In this document: one piece after another, positions 1 to 13,303 of the stretch
How positions within the stretch are numbered: position 1 is the stretch's first letter
Layout: each line of letters starts with the position of its first letter
Origin: Podarcis gaigeae
Lineage: Eukaryota
Reading direction: 5' to 3' (one strand)
Length of the DNA stretch: 64,000 nt
Assembly (NCBI GenBank): GCA_964106915.2
Contig: OZ066918.1
Program-made: the position numbers and the translations under genes
Notes under the pieces: generated by a model
The model's database searches: none
Seen by the model: only the letters and a program-made list of their open reading frames with translations
What the model was told of the DNA's origin: nothing

Positions 1-190
1 GTTAAATAAATCATACTTTTTCTGTTTGATGTAAGGTATGATGTAGTACATTGGCAGAGTTGAAAAACCAATCACAAAAAGCTTATACAAGTTTATTAGT
101 AATCTAAAAAGTAAATGTATAACCGGGCCATCTTTCAGCCTGATCCTTTATAAAACTTAATGTATGTACATGAATCATACACTGAAATTC

Positions 191-226
191 CTACATTTTA
201 TCTTAGCCAAAAGGCCGAGAAGCAAT
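191..226 (-). pseudogene. 3'-truncated U2 snRNA retro-fragment (U2 nt 1-36) with target-site duplication
   Basis: Reverse complement attgcttctcggccttttggctaagataaaatgtag matches the U2 5' end atcgcttctcggccttttggctaagatcaagtgtag at 33/36; flanked by direct repeat atacactgaaattc (177-190, 225-238). Confidence 0.88.
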
Positions 227-779
227 ACACTGAAATTCTTGTCAAAGAGAAGCTCTAATCCCAATGGACAAATCTTCTCTAATTTCCTAAAAATTTCATT
301 CTCAGCAGAAATTTAAGTCAACATGCAAAAGTCATTTTAAGAAGCGAGACAGGGGCTCTAAATTACCATCCAACTATTTTAATTTCCCCATTATTGTTGC
401 TCATATATAAATAGGCATCAGACACAAAAATAAATTGCTGAATAAATTGTCACATATTGTCATGGTGATCCCCCACACCTCAAAATCTTAAGAAGCCTGC
501 AAATATTCATCTTATATTGATTCAAGCACTGAAAATGTTATAGAAGCAGCACTTCAAAGAGAGCCTTATAAAAGGCAAATGCATAGTAAAAGAAGCTACA
601 AGCAACAACGACAAAAGAAAGAAAATTACATGCCTCTGATTTAACCTTTCATTAGGAAAAAGAAGGGTCATTTAGGCACCATCACCTTCACTGGCCACAT
701 GGCCACTTGTAATCTTGTCCTGCTAATGACCTTTGCAGAAATGGCTGCATTGGCTGCCAAATAAACTACCAGGTCATGT

Positions 780-1110
780 TCAAGGTCTTGTTAGTGACAT
801 ATAAAGCCCTGGACAACTCAGGGCCAGGTTATCTGAAAGGCTACCTGACCCTGCCTAGATCTGTAAGATCACTTAAATCATCTGGAGAAATTTTACTTGT
901 GGCAACACATCCTACAGAATATTACAGGCAGAACATCACCTGAAAGGGAATATTTCTTGCCAGTGCCCTTTACACTGTAGAATACCCTTATTTTATTTAC
1001 TGAAATATTTATAATCTGTACTTTCATCCCTAAAAATGCAGATTAAGCATCATCTGTCAGTTGCTTCAGTTGTAAATAAATATCTTTTTGCCCAAGCTTT
1101 CCCTGACCCA
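780..1110 (+). mobile_element. Degenerate L2-type LINE 3' fragment
   Basis: Resembles the RT C-terminal region of the L2 copies at 29178-29690 and 54320-56670 (ttcaaggtcttg...taaagccct...gggccaggttatctga). Confidence 0.5.
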
Positions 1111-2749
1111 TAGGGATGGACCAAGTTATTACTTAATTCCTGTTTTGATATTATTCTTTTTATGTTGTATCTGTTTCTATGATACTGTCTTATATTTTAA
1201 TATTACTAAGCTATTTTAATAATTTAAATAAATGCTTTACCTTAGGTCTCCGAAACATGGTAGGGAAAGAAATATCCAACACATGGTAGGGAAAGGGATT
1301 AATTTAAGATACTTATTTGAGCCTCAGAAAACAGTTCAGATTAATTCCTAATTCCACTGCAAGTTCAAAGGGATCTTCAAGCCATAACTGTCTGCCCTGA
1401 ATTAAAGCAAAGCAAGGTGGCTGGTAACGATTCTGTGACGATTCTGATGATCTTCAGCATTACAGATGCAGCTACAGGACGCAATCTGCAAAGTGTTTAT
1501 TCATTCCTCAACAGACTGAACTGCTGAGGGGGTGGGGCACAGTTAATATAAAACTCCCTTGCCAGATCACATTAGGGTCATCCCATGACTTGGTTATTTC
1601 ATCCGCTAGCAACCTGAAGCCTTGAATTCATATACTTTTTCCTCCCCTTGCACTCTATAATCAGAAACTTCTGACTGTAGTTAGCAACAAACTATACCTT
1701 GGAATTGTGTCCAAAGCCAGAAAACCATGGTTTGCACACAAACCAGATTTGCCACTAGCCATGACTATCACTAGCTTCCAACTGCAAAGGCTGAGAGAGC
1801 ACATGGCCCGCAACTGTTCACTCATGTAATACTAAACCATGGTTTAGTGTTACATCTGAACACAACTGCTGTCTCCAGCAGCAGCCAGCCCAATTCTTCC
1901 AAGTGCCCACAAGCCATGTTTCTATTTAGTTATAATGACTCATAATATTTGGTACATATATCCTTCATGAACACATCCAGTTTTTTGAGCTATCAAGGTT
2001 AGTGGCCATCTAGATGTGAATCCAATAGCTTAATCACGTTGTGCAGATGAATATTTTGTTTTCTGTATTTCCAACAATACAACTCAAACTGAAGACATAT
2101 GAAGAAAAAATATATACCCATAATATATCTGCTGACATATCTATATACGTAATATGGAAATGTTAAAAAAAGATCCCAGGAACTTTGCAAAACATATGCT
2201 TCTGATTCACATTTATCCACACTCCCTCTGTGCATCCATAGTTAGGTACCCCCAATCATTATATTGCTGCCTTCCCTTTCTGAAAATGAGAATGGATAAC
2301 ATCTGAAGGTAACTTCACATGTGTATCAGTGTTTTAAAAAATGTGAGACATGACAGTCAGTGTAGCTTCAAAATATTTGGGAAACAGTGCTTTTAATGGG
2401 GGCTTCAGAACTTTCTTCTGACTTGTGGCCTTAAGTAGACAAGAGGAGCCAGGGCTAACCTTAGATCAGGGCTGCTTATTTCACACACATTCCCCACCCC
2501 CAAAACAATTCTGGGAAATGCAGTTTAACCCTCAGAGAGTTACAATTCCCACCTACCCCTAACCAACTCCAGTGCCCAGAATTGAGGAGGGAAATTTGTG
2601 CTTCGAATGTGCTTTGAAGATTAAGTAGCTTGTAAGTAGCCCCCACACAACCCAATTTGAAATTGGGGGCCACTGGGAAGGGTCTCGGACCCCAGTCCCA
2701 TCTTATTAGAATACGGGCAGGGGCATATTAAACTAACTAGACTCTCCAG

Positions 2750-3350
2750 GCAGCGTCCCCGCTCTGTCAGGAAAGCGAGTGTGGGACCTTCGTCCCTCCG
2801 AGGGTCGCCCGGGAGCAGCCAGCTGTTGCAAGCCCAACCAGAGGCTTCCTCGCTCTCTCTCTCGCTCACCCGCCGGTGCTGTGCATCTATGCGCGCCTGG
2901 CCGCCGCCGAGCAGCGCGGCCCGACGCTTCTCCTCGATGCGCTCGGGCACCGTGGGCGCTTGCCGAGGGGGGCTGTTGCTGAGCCGGCGGGAAAACGCCA
3001 GGGAAACCCTCGGCAGCCGAAAGGGCAGGATCCGCAGGGCGGCCATGGCTGTGGACTGTGGGGACGCATGCGCGCATGGAGCGGAGGGAGGCGGATGCGG
3101 CGGGCAGGTTCCTGAAGCGTGGAAACAGCAGCAGCCATTTGCCCCGCCCAGCCTCCCTTTATATTTCTGTTACGCCTGCCTCGCCGCTTCTCTTCTCACG
3201 CTGTTATGAACTGTGTCAGAGCGCGCTTTCTTTTCTTCTTCCCCGGCGGGGTGCACACGGCGCATGAAGACGCCGCCGCTGACCGCTGAAAAGCAGTTTT
3301 TTTAATACGGTACAATGTGGTTGCACGTCACGCTGCTGGCATCTTCATGC
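2750..3350. promoter_or_regulatory. CpG island / PCCB promoter with NRF1-like palindrome
   Basis: CpG-dense, GC-rich stretch; CGCATGCGCGCATG at 3065-3078 just upstream of the PCCB ATG resembles the NRF1 GCGCATGCGC site. Confidence 0.75.
2870..3046 (-). CDS. PCCB: Propionyl-CoA carboxylase beta chain, coding exon 1 (mitochondrial transit peptide plus N-terminus); remaining exons not recognised in 1-2869, probably left of the window
   Basis: MAALRILPFRLPRVSLAFSRRLS...VPERIEEKRRAALLGGGQARIDAQHRR (59 aa), then a GTGAG donor; matches the PCCB motif ERIExKRRxALLGGGQxRIDAQHxR; Arg-rich, acid-free presequence. Confidence 0.93.
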
Positions 3351-3737
3351 GCTGAGCATTTTAGTGTTTCTGTTGCACAGGCCCGAGACCTCTTTTTCCC
3401 TTCAGGTTGTGTTTTTTTATTGCAGGATGTGGGCTATCGCACTAGAGTGCGTCTCCATTAATTTGCGGTGCCCCGATGTGAGTGGGGTAAGGTTGGAAAT
3501 AAGGTGAGAAGGAGCTCTAGAAGAAAGGACTTCTGCACGGTCCGTAGATGTTAACAGAAGACCGAATTTGAATAGGTGCGTTTTGGCAAGCCACAGTGCT
3601 TCTCGGAGCATGGAGACTACCTATGCTGATTTTTTTTTACATTCAACTATTAAAGATACAGACATCCTTTGTTCTTAATTTTTACCTTTTGTACATGTGC
3701 AATGACTACTTGCTCAGAAGTAAGTATCACTATAGGA

Positions 3738-3873
3738 CAGGCATCCCCAAACTTGGCCCTCCAGATGTTTTGGGACTACAACTCCCATCACCCCTAGCTA
3801 ACAGGACCAGTGGTCAGGGATGATGGGAATTGTAGTCCCAAAACAGCTGGAGGGCCGAGTTTGGGGATGCCTG
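3738..3873. mobile_element. hAT-type MITE (palindromic)
   Basis: TIRs caggcatccccaaact / agtttggggatgcctg; exact 8-bp TSD ctatagga (3730-3737, 3874-3881). Degenerate relatives near 17700, 24680, 24990, 25655 and 36255. Confidence 0.88.
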
Positions 3874-4101
3874 CTATAGGACTTCCTCTGCAGAAAGGTT
3901 CCCTCCAGACTGGTGTTTTTCTTACTAGAGTGTTCTGCAATACGTCATTGCTGCAATAATAGTGCATTAGTGGTGGATTTATACTGGACTGTCTACACAT
4001 CATTCCACTTCATTAGCTGCTGTGCAATGCTTTCCACTGTTACCATATTATAGACATCTGGAAAGGCACGCTTACACTATAGTGTTACGAGAAGTGGGAC
4101 A

Positions 4102-4650
4102 AATCATCATCATCAGACCTTTTATTGGCATCATATACAAGCATCCATAGCAAATCAATACAGAATTCCCGCCTTCTCAGTGACCCAAAACATTTGTCAA
4201 ATGAAAGAGGCAAAGCAGTCTAACATTACATCTCTAGGTCTCCGGGGAGATCAGATGTCTGCAATGTGTTTCGACGACAAAAAACCAGATAAAGATATTT
4301 AGCCACTAACTTGGTGAACTCCTGATTATTCCCCAATAATAGAAAATGTATGACCTCTAACTCTGGTCTCCATTTGGGGATGCAGAGTTGATCTAGGAAC
4401 TGCTGGCAGAGATCAACATATAGTTTACATTTAAGAACCATATGTGTAAGAGTTTCCACCTGGTGGTCTTCACATGGGCAAATTCTTTCTCCTTCCACCA
4501 TTCCCGAGAACCTTCCCCATAGGAGGGATGAAGGATTTGAATTAAACCTGGCCAGCGAAAATGCCCTTCTTTCTTGAGGATTAAGCAAAAATTCAAGATA
4601 ATTGTGGATAATTTCATATGCCCAAGAAACTTGAAAGTTAAGAGGGGAAC
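4102..4650 (-). mobile_element. 5'-truncated non-LTR retrotransposon 3' end (RTE-X-like)
   Basis: ORF 4226-4789 contains RRAFSLARFN...ERICPCEDHQVETLTHMVLKC (C-terminal CCHC knuckle); the minus strand ends aataaaaggtc plus a (tga)n tail. Confidence 0.7.
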
Positions 4651-5631
4651 ATGTTTTCTCTGCTGCTGCTGTTAGTTCCTGGCGTTCAATGTGGGACAAA
4701 TCAGTGGGGGAGGAACCCTCTCTGGTACCTGGGGCAGTGCAGCCCATACGGACTGTGCATGTGTAGCATCCCGCATGTGTGCACTCCATACAGAATTTGG
4801 CTTAGCAGGTGGCCTGAACCCATAATTGTGGTTTAGCTCTCCCATAAAAAATAGGGGTGGGGAACAATCAGCCTGCGGACCAAATTTGACCAGCCACATA
4901 GCCACTTTCCCCAAACCATGCCCATCTCTGCCCCATACCTAAGAGATGCAACATCAGGTGTGGGGCAGGTAGAGACTCTCGATGGAGAACTTGATCATGC
5001 AGTTAATCCCTGCAGAAAGCTGGGGAAGTGATGGTTGAGGACAGGGCATGCAAAGCACTTTGCACAGCACTTCCAAAATGCTTGAAAGCTGTTGTCAGGA
5101 ATTTGGGAAGTGCTGCACATAGCGATTTGCAAGCCCTGCCATTTGCAAGCAGCTCCCAAGCACCAAGGAAAGAACTGGCAAAGTCCCTTATACTTTGGTT
5201 CCAAGCACTTGAAAACTAACTGGGTGTTGGGCACTCAGGAAGCACTGAACCAAGGGACTTTGACAAGTGGGTGGGACAGTCTACCTGTCCATTACCTGAT
5301 ATCACAATGATGCCCAGTGCCTGGTAAGCAGTCCTGTCCACCTGTCAAAGTTGGCGCGTGGGGGTGGGGACAGATAGGGATCTGGTCCAGCAGGCCCAAA
5401 AGATTCCCCACCTGTGCTGTACAGCATAAGACAAACCTTGGTTACAGCTTGTGTTTTATGTGGGGAGATATAAACCACCAGACCCACCGGACCCATTTTC
5501 CTTTCCTGGATTTTCCATTCCTGGATTTACAGAAGCTGACCCAGTTTCTGATTTGACCCTGGAATGTCCCACTTTTCCTTAGAGTGTCCCTATTCTCATC
5601 GGAGAAATGTTGGAGGGTATGGAGTAATCTG

Positions 5632-5996
5632 GGGACGCAGGTGGCGCTGTGGGTTAAAGCCTCAGCGCCTAGGACTTGCCGATTGAAAGGTCGGCGGTTC
5701 GAATCCCTGCGGCGGGGTGCGCTCCCGCTGCTCGGTCCCAGCGCCTGCCAACCTAGCAGTTCGAAAGCACCTCCGGGTGCAAGTAGATAAAGAGGGACCG
5801 CTTACCAGCGGGAAGGTAAACGGCGTTTCCGTGTGCAGCTCTGGCTCGCCAGATGCAGCTTTGTCACGCTGGCCACGTGTCCCGGAAGTGTCTCCGGACA
5901 GCGCTGGCCCCTGGCCTCTTAAGTGAGATGGGCGCACAACCCCAGAGTCTGTCAAGACTGGCCCATACGGGCAGGGGTACCTTTACCTTTACCTTT
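5632..5996 (+). mobile_element. Sauria SINE (Squam1), full length
   Basis: tRNA-like head gggacgcaggtggcgctgtgggttaaa...ggttcgaatccc, (accttt)n tail, 14-bp TSD tatggagtaatctg. Confidence 0.92.
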
Positions 5997-6017
5997 TATG
6001 GAGTAATCTGACCCTTT

Positions 6018-6142
6018 AGCCATCTGAAGGCAGCCCTGTATAGGGATTTTTTTAATGTTTAATGTTTTATTATGTTTTTATATATGTTGGAAGCCACCCA
6101 GAGTGGCTAGGGCAACCCAGTCAAGTGGGAGGGATATAAATG

Positions 6143-6177
<35 letters not shown>
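6018..6177 (+). mobile_element. L2-type LINE 3' end with (TTA)n tail
   Basis: ggaagccacccagagtggct...gggatataaat followed by (att)n; same family as 29178-29690 and 34054-34131. Confidence 0.7.
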
Positions 6178-6739
6178 GAATAGGATGTCCCTGTTTTCAT
6201 TAGAGAAATGTTGGAGGGTATGAACCACAAGCCTGGTTTCTGACTAAATGCTAAGCTAAACCATGACTTAGTATATCAGTGGAATGGGAAGGAACAAAAT
6301 GGTTGCAGTCTCCCCTCTGGAAGCCCATATATTTGCTCGTTTGCACTAAGACATGGTTTGGCTTAGTGTTACCTGCAAACTGGGCCTCTGTGATGTGTAA
6401 ATAACAAATACCTAATCAAACCTACATGTTTACAACAGGTTGAGCAGACCACAAAGTTTCTAAAAGCTGCCCTTTAACAGAAATTGGATGTTTGCCAGCA
6501 AAGCACTCAGTGGAGAAGTCTCATAAGAGACATCAATTATTTTGAAGAGTAGTACTTCTAAACTGATAATTTCAGCTGTACTGCTGTCTGTCTGAGCTTT
6601 TCTACCTTCATCTAGCATTTTTGATGCCTTTTTTGCTCACACTCCGAATGGATGGCTTATCATCCATTGATTATAATATAATATTGAATATAATCCAATG
6701 ATTATATTGTTCCACTCTGTTAGTGGGGTATATAAGGTG

Positions 6740-7690
6740 ATGGGGGAGGGATAGTACCTTTGGTGGGGTACACATTGTGCTCCTTCTTGGGTAGTTTGTC
6801 CACCTTGGGTCCTCATCTTGCACTCAGCTCTACCTATAGCCCCTAAAAACTGTCAGCCACACCCTGGGAGCAGCTTCAACTGACTGGCTAAACCAGGTGT
6901 GGCTAGCCGATGGGTCTCAAACCCTCTGGAGCCTACCTGTGAAGATAAGCTCCAGAGGACTGAGCGGATGAAACCAACAATGGTCCCAACGGGCAAGAAG
7001 GCACTTTCTGCACATGCTGTAGAGGGAAATAAGGGGGAGATGGGGCTGCTTTGAGGAGAAGAAAAGCTCTGATCCTAAACCTTTGCTGCCTTGCTGAATA
7101 TCTTTGGGAGGAGAAAAGTCTAAAGAGTAAACCCTACACAAATACAGAATGGAGTCCCTAAGACGGTTGGATGACACCTTGTATACAGAGCCGTCTTTCC
7201 CATAGGGCTTAGTGGTGCGTTGCTTCAGGGCACCGGCCTCTCAGGAGCGCCCCAGCGAGTGGGGGAGCCGTGCGGCTTTGCTGGCGGCCTCCCCTTTCCC
7301 TGCACTCCCACCAGCTGCGCCCCGCCAACCATATGGCTGGCGGGTGCACAGCTTCCCTCCCAAGCCTCTGTGGGGATTGCTCCCCTGCAGCGGCATGGGG
7401 GAGAGTTGTGCCCCCCAATGGCTGGCAGTGCACAGCTGCGGCTCCCCCCCCACTATCTGTGGTAATTTGGGGGCGCTGGGTGGATATTTGCACCCTGGCA
7501 CCACATCTGCTAAAGACGACCCTGCTTGCGTACCTCCTTCCAGCAGCTCCTGCAGCCAAGCTGGTGACAAACATATTGCTCAGCTTTCCTTTGGACCACA
7601 TCAGTAAGGCTGAGGGGCGAAGGGTCTTGTCACCTAGGCAAGGTGACCTCCATACTAATTGCCCTGGCTTGCGCCCTGTGGATGTCACAC
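6740..7690 (+). mobile_element. Probable RTE-clade LINE 5' region, interrupted by a hAT MITE
   Basis: Motifs tagtttgtccacctt...gcactcagctct and aaacctttgctgccttgc...gagtaaaccc recalled from RTE/Expander-like 5' regions; family assignment unverified. Confidence 0.35.
7186..7524. mobile_element. Non-autonomous hAT element
   Basis: TIRs cagagccgtcttt / aaagacgaccctg; 8-bp TSD cttgtata / cttgcgta (difference consistent with CpG decay). Confidence 0.72.
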
Positions 7691-8339
7691 TGTAGTTTGT
7701 GTGGCCATTCCAGGCCATTCCATTGATCAGTCAGTACATTTCCCCCTAAAGTTTAGGCTTTTTGATAGAACTTTTGACCACTTCTATAATCCTGCTTATA
7801 TCAGTGGGATTCCAGCAGTATAAATGAGCAGTTAGTCTTCTCAGTCATTGTATTAACGACTTAACTAGCAATCATCAGGTAGGACCACTTATACTTTAAA
7901 TTATTTTCACTGTATGCACTTACATAAGGCGTAAGAACTTCTATATTAGCATATAAAATCATGTCTCAGAATGTGGATGAATCCAAAGCAGTTACCAGGG
8001 GGTTCCTTCCCCTTTATGTTATATTCATCCTCTGTTTAAGATGCTAATTAAAAATCTGTCTTTGCAGCAGAGGATGAGGAAACCATAATGTTCAAGCTAT
8101 GCATGTCATGAAAAGCACGCATCGTTTATATTTTAAATGATTGGCTTTTTCCTTCCATTACCAAAAAGGGATCACAAAAGTCTTGTAATGTGTCATCTAA
8201 AACATATGCTCCACTGGCAGGATTACTAGTAAGAACGATATTTATTCCCCTCCACAATTAGTAGTGACGGTGCTGTCAAATGCCCTTGAGCTCTACTGAG
8301 CATGCTCACTTTTTCTGGTCTGTTCATTGCATTTGATTC

Positions 8340-8648
8340 TTTAGCTGTAGCCTCTCTCTCCCCTTCACTGCTTTTATGTACAGACAGAAGAGACGGTAGC
8401 CAAAAAAGAATCTACGGTAACCAAAAGAGAATCTACATTATTCCTCCTGCACACTCCATAAACTGACAACATTTGGGTCTGTGTTTCTGGATTCACAGGT
8501 AGCTATTCTCAATTCTCTGTTTTCTTCAAATTTAAAAGACCGGAATGGATACACTATCAGATGCTGGAGAGCATATTTTCTCCCTTTAGCATCTCTTGGT
8601 ATGGTATATTTTTGAGGGATCACTTACTCAGCAGCTTCTAAACAAGAG
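8340..8648 (+). other. Candidate non-coding 5' exon of SLC35G2 (start uncertain)
   Basis: Non-repetitive sequence ending in a donor aagag|gtaaat; an acceptor ttttcccctttgtgatcag| lies 18 nt before the SLC35G2 ATG. Confidence 0.4.
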
Positions 8649-9236
8649 GTAAATTTTATTTTCTCTTATTTGGTTGTTGTATTGTTTTCTCTTCTTGCAT
8701 GACATTTCGGCTGTCTTTTGGTGTCTGCTTAAGCAAAACCTTGTTTCATTTTAAGTCCTTCGTATTTTTGTAGGCATGTAACTTTAAAGCTGTCATCCCT
8801 TCAAACCATGAATGGGAAACGCCACAGAGCAACTTTTGAGTGCTGCAGTTTCAACAAAATTGTACCAAGCAGCTGATATTATAGCTAGAATTATGCCATA
8901 TATCTTAGAAGGAACACTCTCTCATCTCTGGTTTTGTTGAGTATCCATGCTGCTGAGATCTCTTCAACTGGCACTCACTAGCTCTGAGGGTACCTCATTC
9001 CCACCCTGTATTTTACATCAGCGCTGAGGTTGGGATTCATTTTTCAGCATGTCTGCTGTCTAAGAATCTAACAACTTACTGTATTGGATGGGAGACCACA
9101 TGTTGAGATTTCTGCATTGCAGGGGGTTGGACTAGATGATCCTCATTTGAACCATTTTAGGTAGCAGCATCGGTACAATGTTTCCAAAGTTAGTCTTACA
9201 AATTTTAGACCTGAGTTTATGAGCTACTGTGCCTGC

Positions 9237-9282
<46 letters not shown>

Positions 9283-9291
9283 TTAACTAAC
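9237..9291. repeat. (CTAA)n microsatellite
   Basis: Direct reading. Confidence 0.95.
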
Positions 9292-10287
9292 TGTATGTTC
9301 AGAATTGAGCATGCTGACTTATGCACCCATGCAATAACATAACCTGTAGCATCACACTAGCATTCCAAACTGTTGAAGAACATCAGTACTGGTCCGGTAG
9401 CACAGGTCAACATGACAACATCAGAAAAAGCTACCATCCCTAAAGTTGTTGCATTGCACAGAAACAGGTAGAGAAGAATAGAACTGGGGGTGACGTATAT
9501 ATAGGGCATCTTCACCCTAAAGGTTTTTAGCCACTACAGAGACAGCTATGTTAGCAAAGCCATATTTCATAGATTTGAGTGCTGTTGATTCAATTTTACA
9601 TTTTAAACCTGTTTTGGACACATTTGACCCTAAAAAGGTGGCCTAAAAGTGTTACAATAAACAATGAAAACACTTAATCTGGTATAGCATTACTAAGGAG
9701 TATCAGCAGCAGTGGAAATAATATTGGAACACAAATACAGCATTCTAGGATGTGCCTGTTGGATAACTACATATCACTGCAGCTATATAATGTTAACGTA
9801 TGTGGCATGACACCCCAGTGCAATTGTGCACAGCTGCTGGGCCAAACTGTGACATATTCTGTAACAAAGCTGATTTCTGTATCTAGCCATCACAAGGTCA
9901 CCTTCTGGGTCAAAATGGAATCTCTCTATATTTTACTTAAGTGTAAAGAGCCCTTCAGAATGAACCGTTTCTAGAACTGCAATAATAAATCAAAGCATAG
10001 GAAAAATGGTACGGGTATTGCAGGGGAGGTAAACACCAAGCATAAATTGTCTAATAATAGCATGTGCATTCATGATTATAGCACAGCATACTAATCACAT
10101 GTCACCACTGGTTTTCTGTATTTATATTCAATCTGGTGTCTGTTCAAGCAACCCCAGCTTACCTAAGGCATCAATAGAACAGTAATAATTTTTAGATGGT
10201 ACAAAATTGCAGCCAGAACAGGTTTATCAGTGCTGAAATGATTATATGCTTTTTCCCCTTTGTGATCAGTCCTAGTTACCTGAGGAA

Positions 10288-11526
10288 ATGGATACTTCAC
10301 CTTCCAAACAATATCCAGTAAAAAAACGAGTGAAAATTCATCCTAACACAGTGACAGTGAAATATACTTCTCATTATCCACAGCCTGGAGAGGAAGGGTA
10401 TGAAGAAGCAAATGAAGACATTGAGAGTTTTGTGGAAGATAATCCAAAGAGGAGATTGCTGAGCAATGGCCAGCGGAGAGGAAGATCCTTCTTTGGCACT
10501 ATTGACATCCCATCTCAGGAACCACAAAAGCCAGAAGCTAATAAGAGTGGGCAAGGCCAAAGTTTTGTAGACAGAAGCATTTTTCAGTCCAGAAAGACTT
10601 GGGCAGTGCTTTTTGGATCTGCTTTGGCCCATGGTTGTGTTGCCCTGATAACGAGACTTGCTTCTGATCGTTCCAAAGTGCCATCTCTAGAACTGATCTT
10701 CATTCGTTCTGTTTTACAAGTGTTTTCCGTCTTAGTTGTGTGCTACTACCATGAGGAACCTTTTGGACCGAAAGGATACAGACTGCGGTTGTTCTTTTAT
10801 GGAGTATGCAACGTTATTTCCATTACCTGTGCTTATACTTCTTTTGCAATAGTACCCCCAAGCAACGGGACTACAATGTGGAGAGCTACCACCACTGTCT
10901 TCAGCGCCATCTTGGCATTTTTATTAGTAGATGAGCGAATGGCTTACATCGATGTCATCACTGTAGTGAGTAGCATCTTTGGTGTTTGCCTGGTCATGAT
11001 CCCCAACATTGTTGATGAAGAAGATTCTCTGCTGAATATCTGGAAAGAGGCCTTTGGATATACCATGACAGTTATGGCAGGCGTAACTACAGCTCTCTCC
11101 ATGATCGTGTACAGGTCCATTAAAGATAATGTCAGCATGTGGACAGCACTGTTTACCTTTGGTTGGACTGGAACAGTGTGGGGAGCCTCCACCATGTTTT
11201 TCCTCCAAGAGCCAATAATTCCACTGGATGGAACAAGCTGGGGCTATCTCATGGGCATCTGCATATGTTCCACAGTGGCTTTTCTGGGTGTCTATTATGC
11301 CTTGAACAAATTTCATCCAGCCTTGGTCAGCACAGTGCAGCATCTGGAGATTGTGATAGCTATGATCCTTCAGCTCCTTGTGCTACGCATCTTCCCCAGC
11401 ATCTATGATATGATTGGGGGAGCGGTTATCATCATTAGTGTCTTTTTCCTTGCATGTTATAAACTGTCTTGGAAGGACTTAAGAAAACAAGATTATGAGG
11501 AGATACTAGATTCTTGTATTAAATGA
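10288..11526 (+). CDS. SLC35G2: Solute carrier family 35 member G2 (TMEM22), EamA/DMT-fold transporter, complete single-exon CDS
   Basis: 412-aa [25 protein letters not shown]...[24 protein letters not shown]...[12 protein letters not shown], closely matching recalled human SLC35G2; multiple hydrophobic helices. Confidence 0.97.
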   Translation: MDTSPSKQYPVKKRVKIHPNTVTVKYTSHYPQPGEEGYEEANEDIESFVEDNPKRRLLSNGQRRGRSFFGTIDIPSQEPQKPEANKSGQGQSFVDRSIFQSRKTWAVLFGSALAHGCVALITRLASDRSKVPSLELIFIRSVLQVFSVLVVCYYHEEPFGPKGYRLRLFFYGVCNVISITCAYTSFAIVPPSNGTTMWRATTTVFSAILAFLLVDERMAYIDVITVVSSIFGVCLVMIPNIVDEEDSLLNIWKEAFGYTMTVMAGVTTALSMIVYRSIKDNVSMWTALFTFGWTGTVWGASTMFFLQEPIIPLDGTSWGYLMGICICSTVAFLGVYYALNKFHPALVSTVQHLEIVIAMILQLLVLRIFPSIYDMIGGAVIIISVFFLACYKLSWKDLRKQDYEEILDSCIK

Positions 11527-13303
11527 CTGCAAAGCTGTATTCGGTTTACCGATATCTACAATTAATATTCATTTGTGTATGTCTTTTGTAGAGTGTTGTT
11601 GACAGCATACTGCCATTTCTTGTCTGAATATAAAAGGTTACATCTGCCCTAGTATAGCTCAGTGGAGTTGCACTAGAAATTTCTGTCCTGTGTAGGAGAA
11701 ATGTTTTAAAATGTTAGCGCTGTGAAAATTAGATTTTCTTAACTAGTATATAAGAAGTACCAATATTCAATATATACAACTCCGTTCTTTAAAATACGTC
11801 TCATTAGAGTCTAGCAGGCATAGTCAGACCCTAAGATTTTTATATCAGACTATGATGTTCACCTGTGTAAAGCAACCATTTGTAGGGTCTCAGGCAAGGT
11901 AGTCTTCAGAAGGAAATAGCAAACTGTGCCCCTTAGCTTCTCACAACAAATAACCACATCTTAAATGGACGTTTTTACAGATGGTTTGTTGTAGTATAGG
12001 TTTTGTCACATTACCTATTCTAGGTTGTTATATGCATATATGGTTCCTACAGATTTCATCTGGCTTGCCAATTTGCATTTCTTGCATTGACTGGAGCTCA
12101 CTGATGGTGTGTAGCCTGAAATCTGACCTGACAACCTCAACTCACAGCACGCTTGCTGTGGATTCAAGAGCAGAGAAAGTGTGATTGCAGAAAGAAGCAC
12201 AGCAGGCGGACATGGACACTGAAAGAGCAGAATGATCGCTCATGGAAACAATATATTGTTTGTTTTTAATATGTAATGTTTTATAAATAATAATTTTAAA
12301 AGGTATGTAACAATGATGATGACGATGATAATAATAATATACTTGATCTCTGCCGCAATAATTTTATATGAATTATTCCAAGAATCTCTAACTCAGTGCC
12401 TGCCCTGCAAAGGTCTTCATTGGCAGCCATTGGAAATGTTTAATATTTTTTTTAGTCAAGTATCTAGCCCTTAAGATATGAAGCAAAATGTGCAGGTATC
12501 CTTCTAAGTAATTTATGTAAAATGAGCCAGTATGGCTCACTTTTCAATGTTCTTAGCCAATGGGTAAAGTCAGATATGTGATTGATAAGTAAGTGACACC
12601 AGGCAACAGAAATCCCTGGGGTTCTCCCCCTTTTCATGCATCTTTCCTGCTTCTGTCTTATTTTCTAGCAGTCCTTGGAATCTGTAGTTTGACCTTCCTG
12701 TTTTTCTAGCAGCCAGGACACATCTTTCCTCTGGTGTACTCACCTGATATCAGGTACTCCCTAGAAGTTATTTTCTGCAAATACTACTGCAGAATAAATG
12801 CAAGTGGATTTAAAGTACCCTCTTCCCAAACTGAAAATGTGAATATTTTGCAAAAAGGCTTAGGCATGTGTCTTGCTGTGTTGAAGCTGATGTCCAGGCG
12901 CTCATTAAGAATTCACTGTGTAGTTAACCTGCAGCACAATGGCTTGTATGCCAACTTCAGAAGTAGGTCCCTTTGTGTTTAATGGGGTTTACGTCACAGG
13001 TTAGTAGATGCAGAACGGCAACTTAGAATTGGGTTTTGGATTGGTATTGGGGGAAATATGGTTTTTGTGCCACAATCGGGACCAGAATGACATAGTTGAC
13101 TTCCCATGGTAAGGGGGGGAGAGGGAGGGAAACAGCATCAATGACTGTAATCTCTAATTTTATGTCCAGGCTGGAGAGTGATGACATAGTATACTTCTAC
13201 GAACCCAGAGTCATTGCTCTACTTGTGAGTATGCAATTTCTGATGCTCTTTCACTGCCAGAAGCTGTGGTTAGGGTGTGGTTTAGGACGACAGGGTTTTT
13301 TAA

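Noticed and set aside
1-2869. PCCB exon 2 (GKLTARERI...)
   Set aside because: No matching minus-strand translation was found; ORF 1999-2235 looks like decayed LINE sequence.
2621-3267. Cluster of overlapping ORFs around the PCCB start
   Set aside because: By-product of a GC-rich CpG island; only 2870-3046 (minus) is supported by homology and a splice donor.
10297-11408. Antisense and alternative-frame ORFs over SLC35G2
   Set aside because: Shadows of the real CDS with no independent support.
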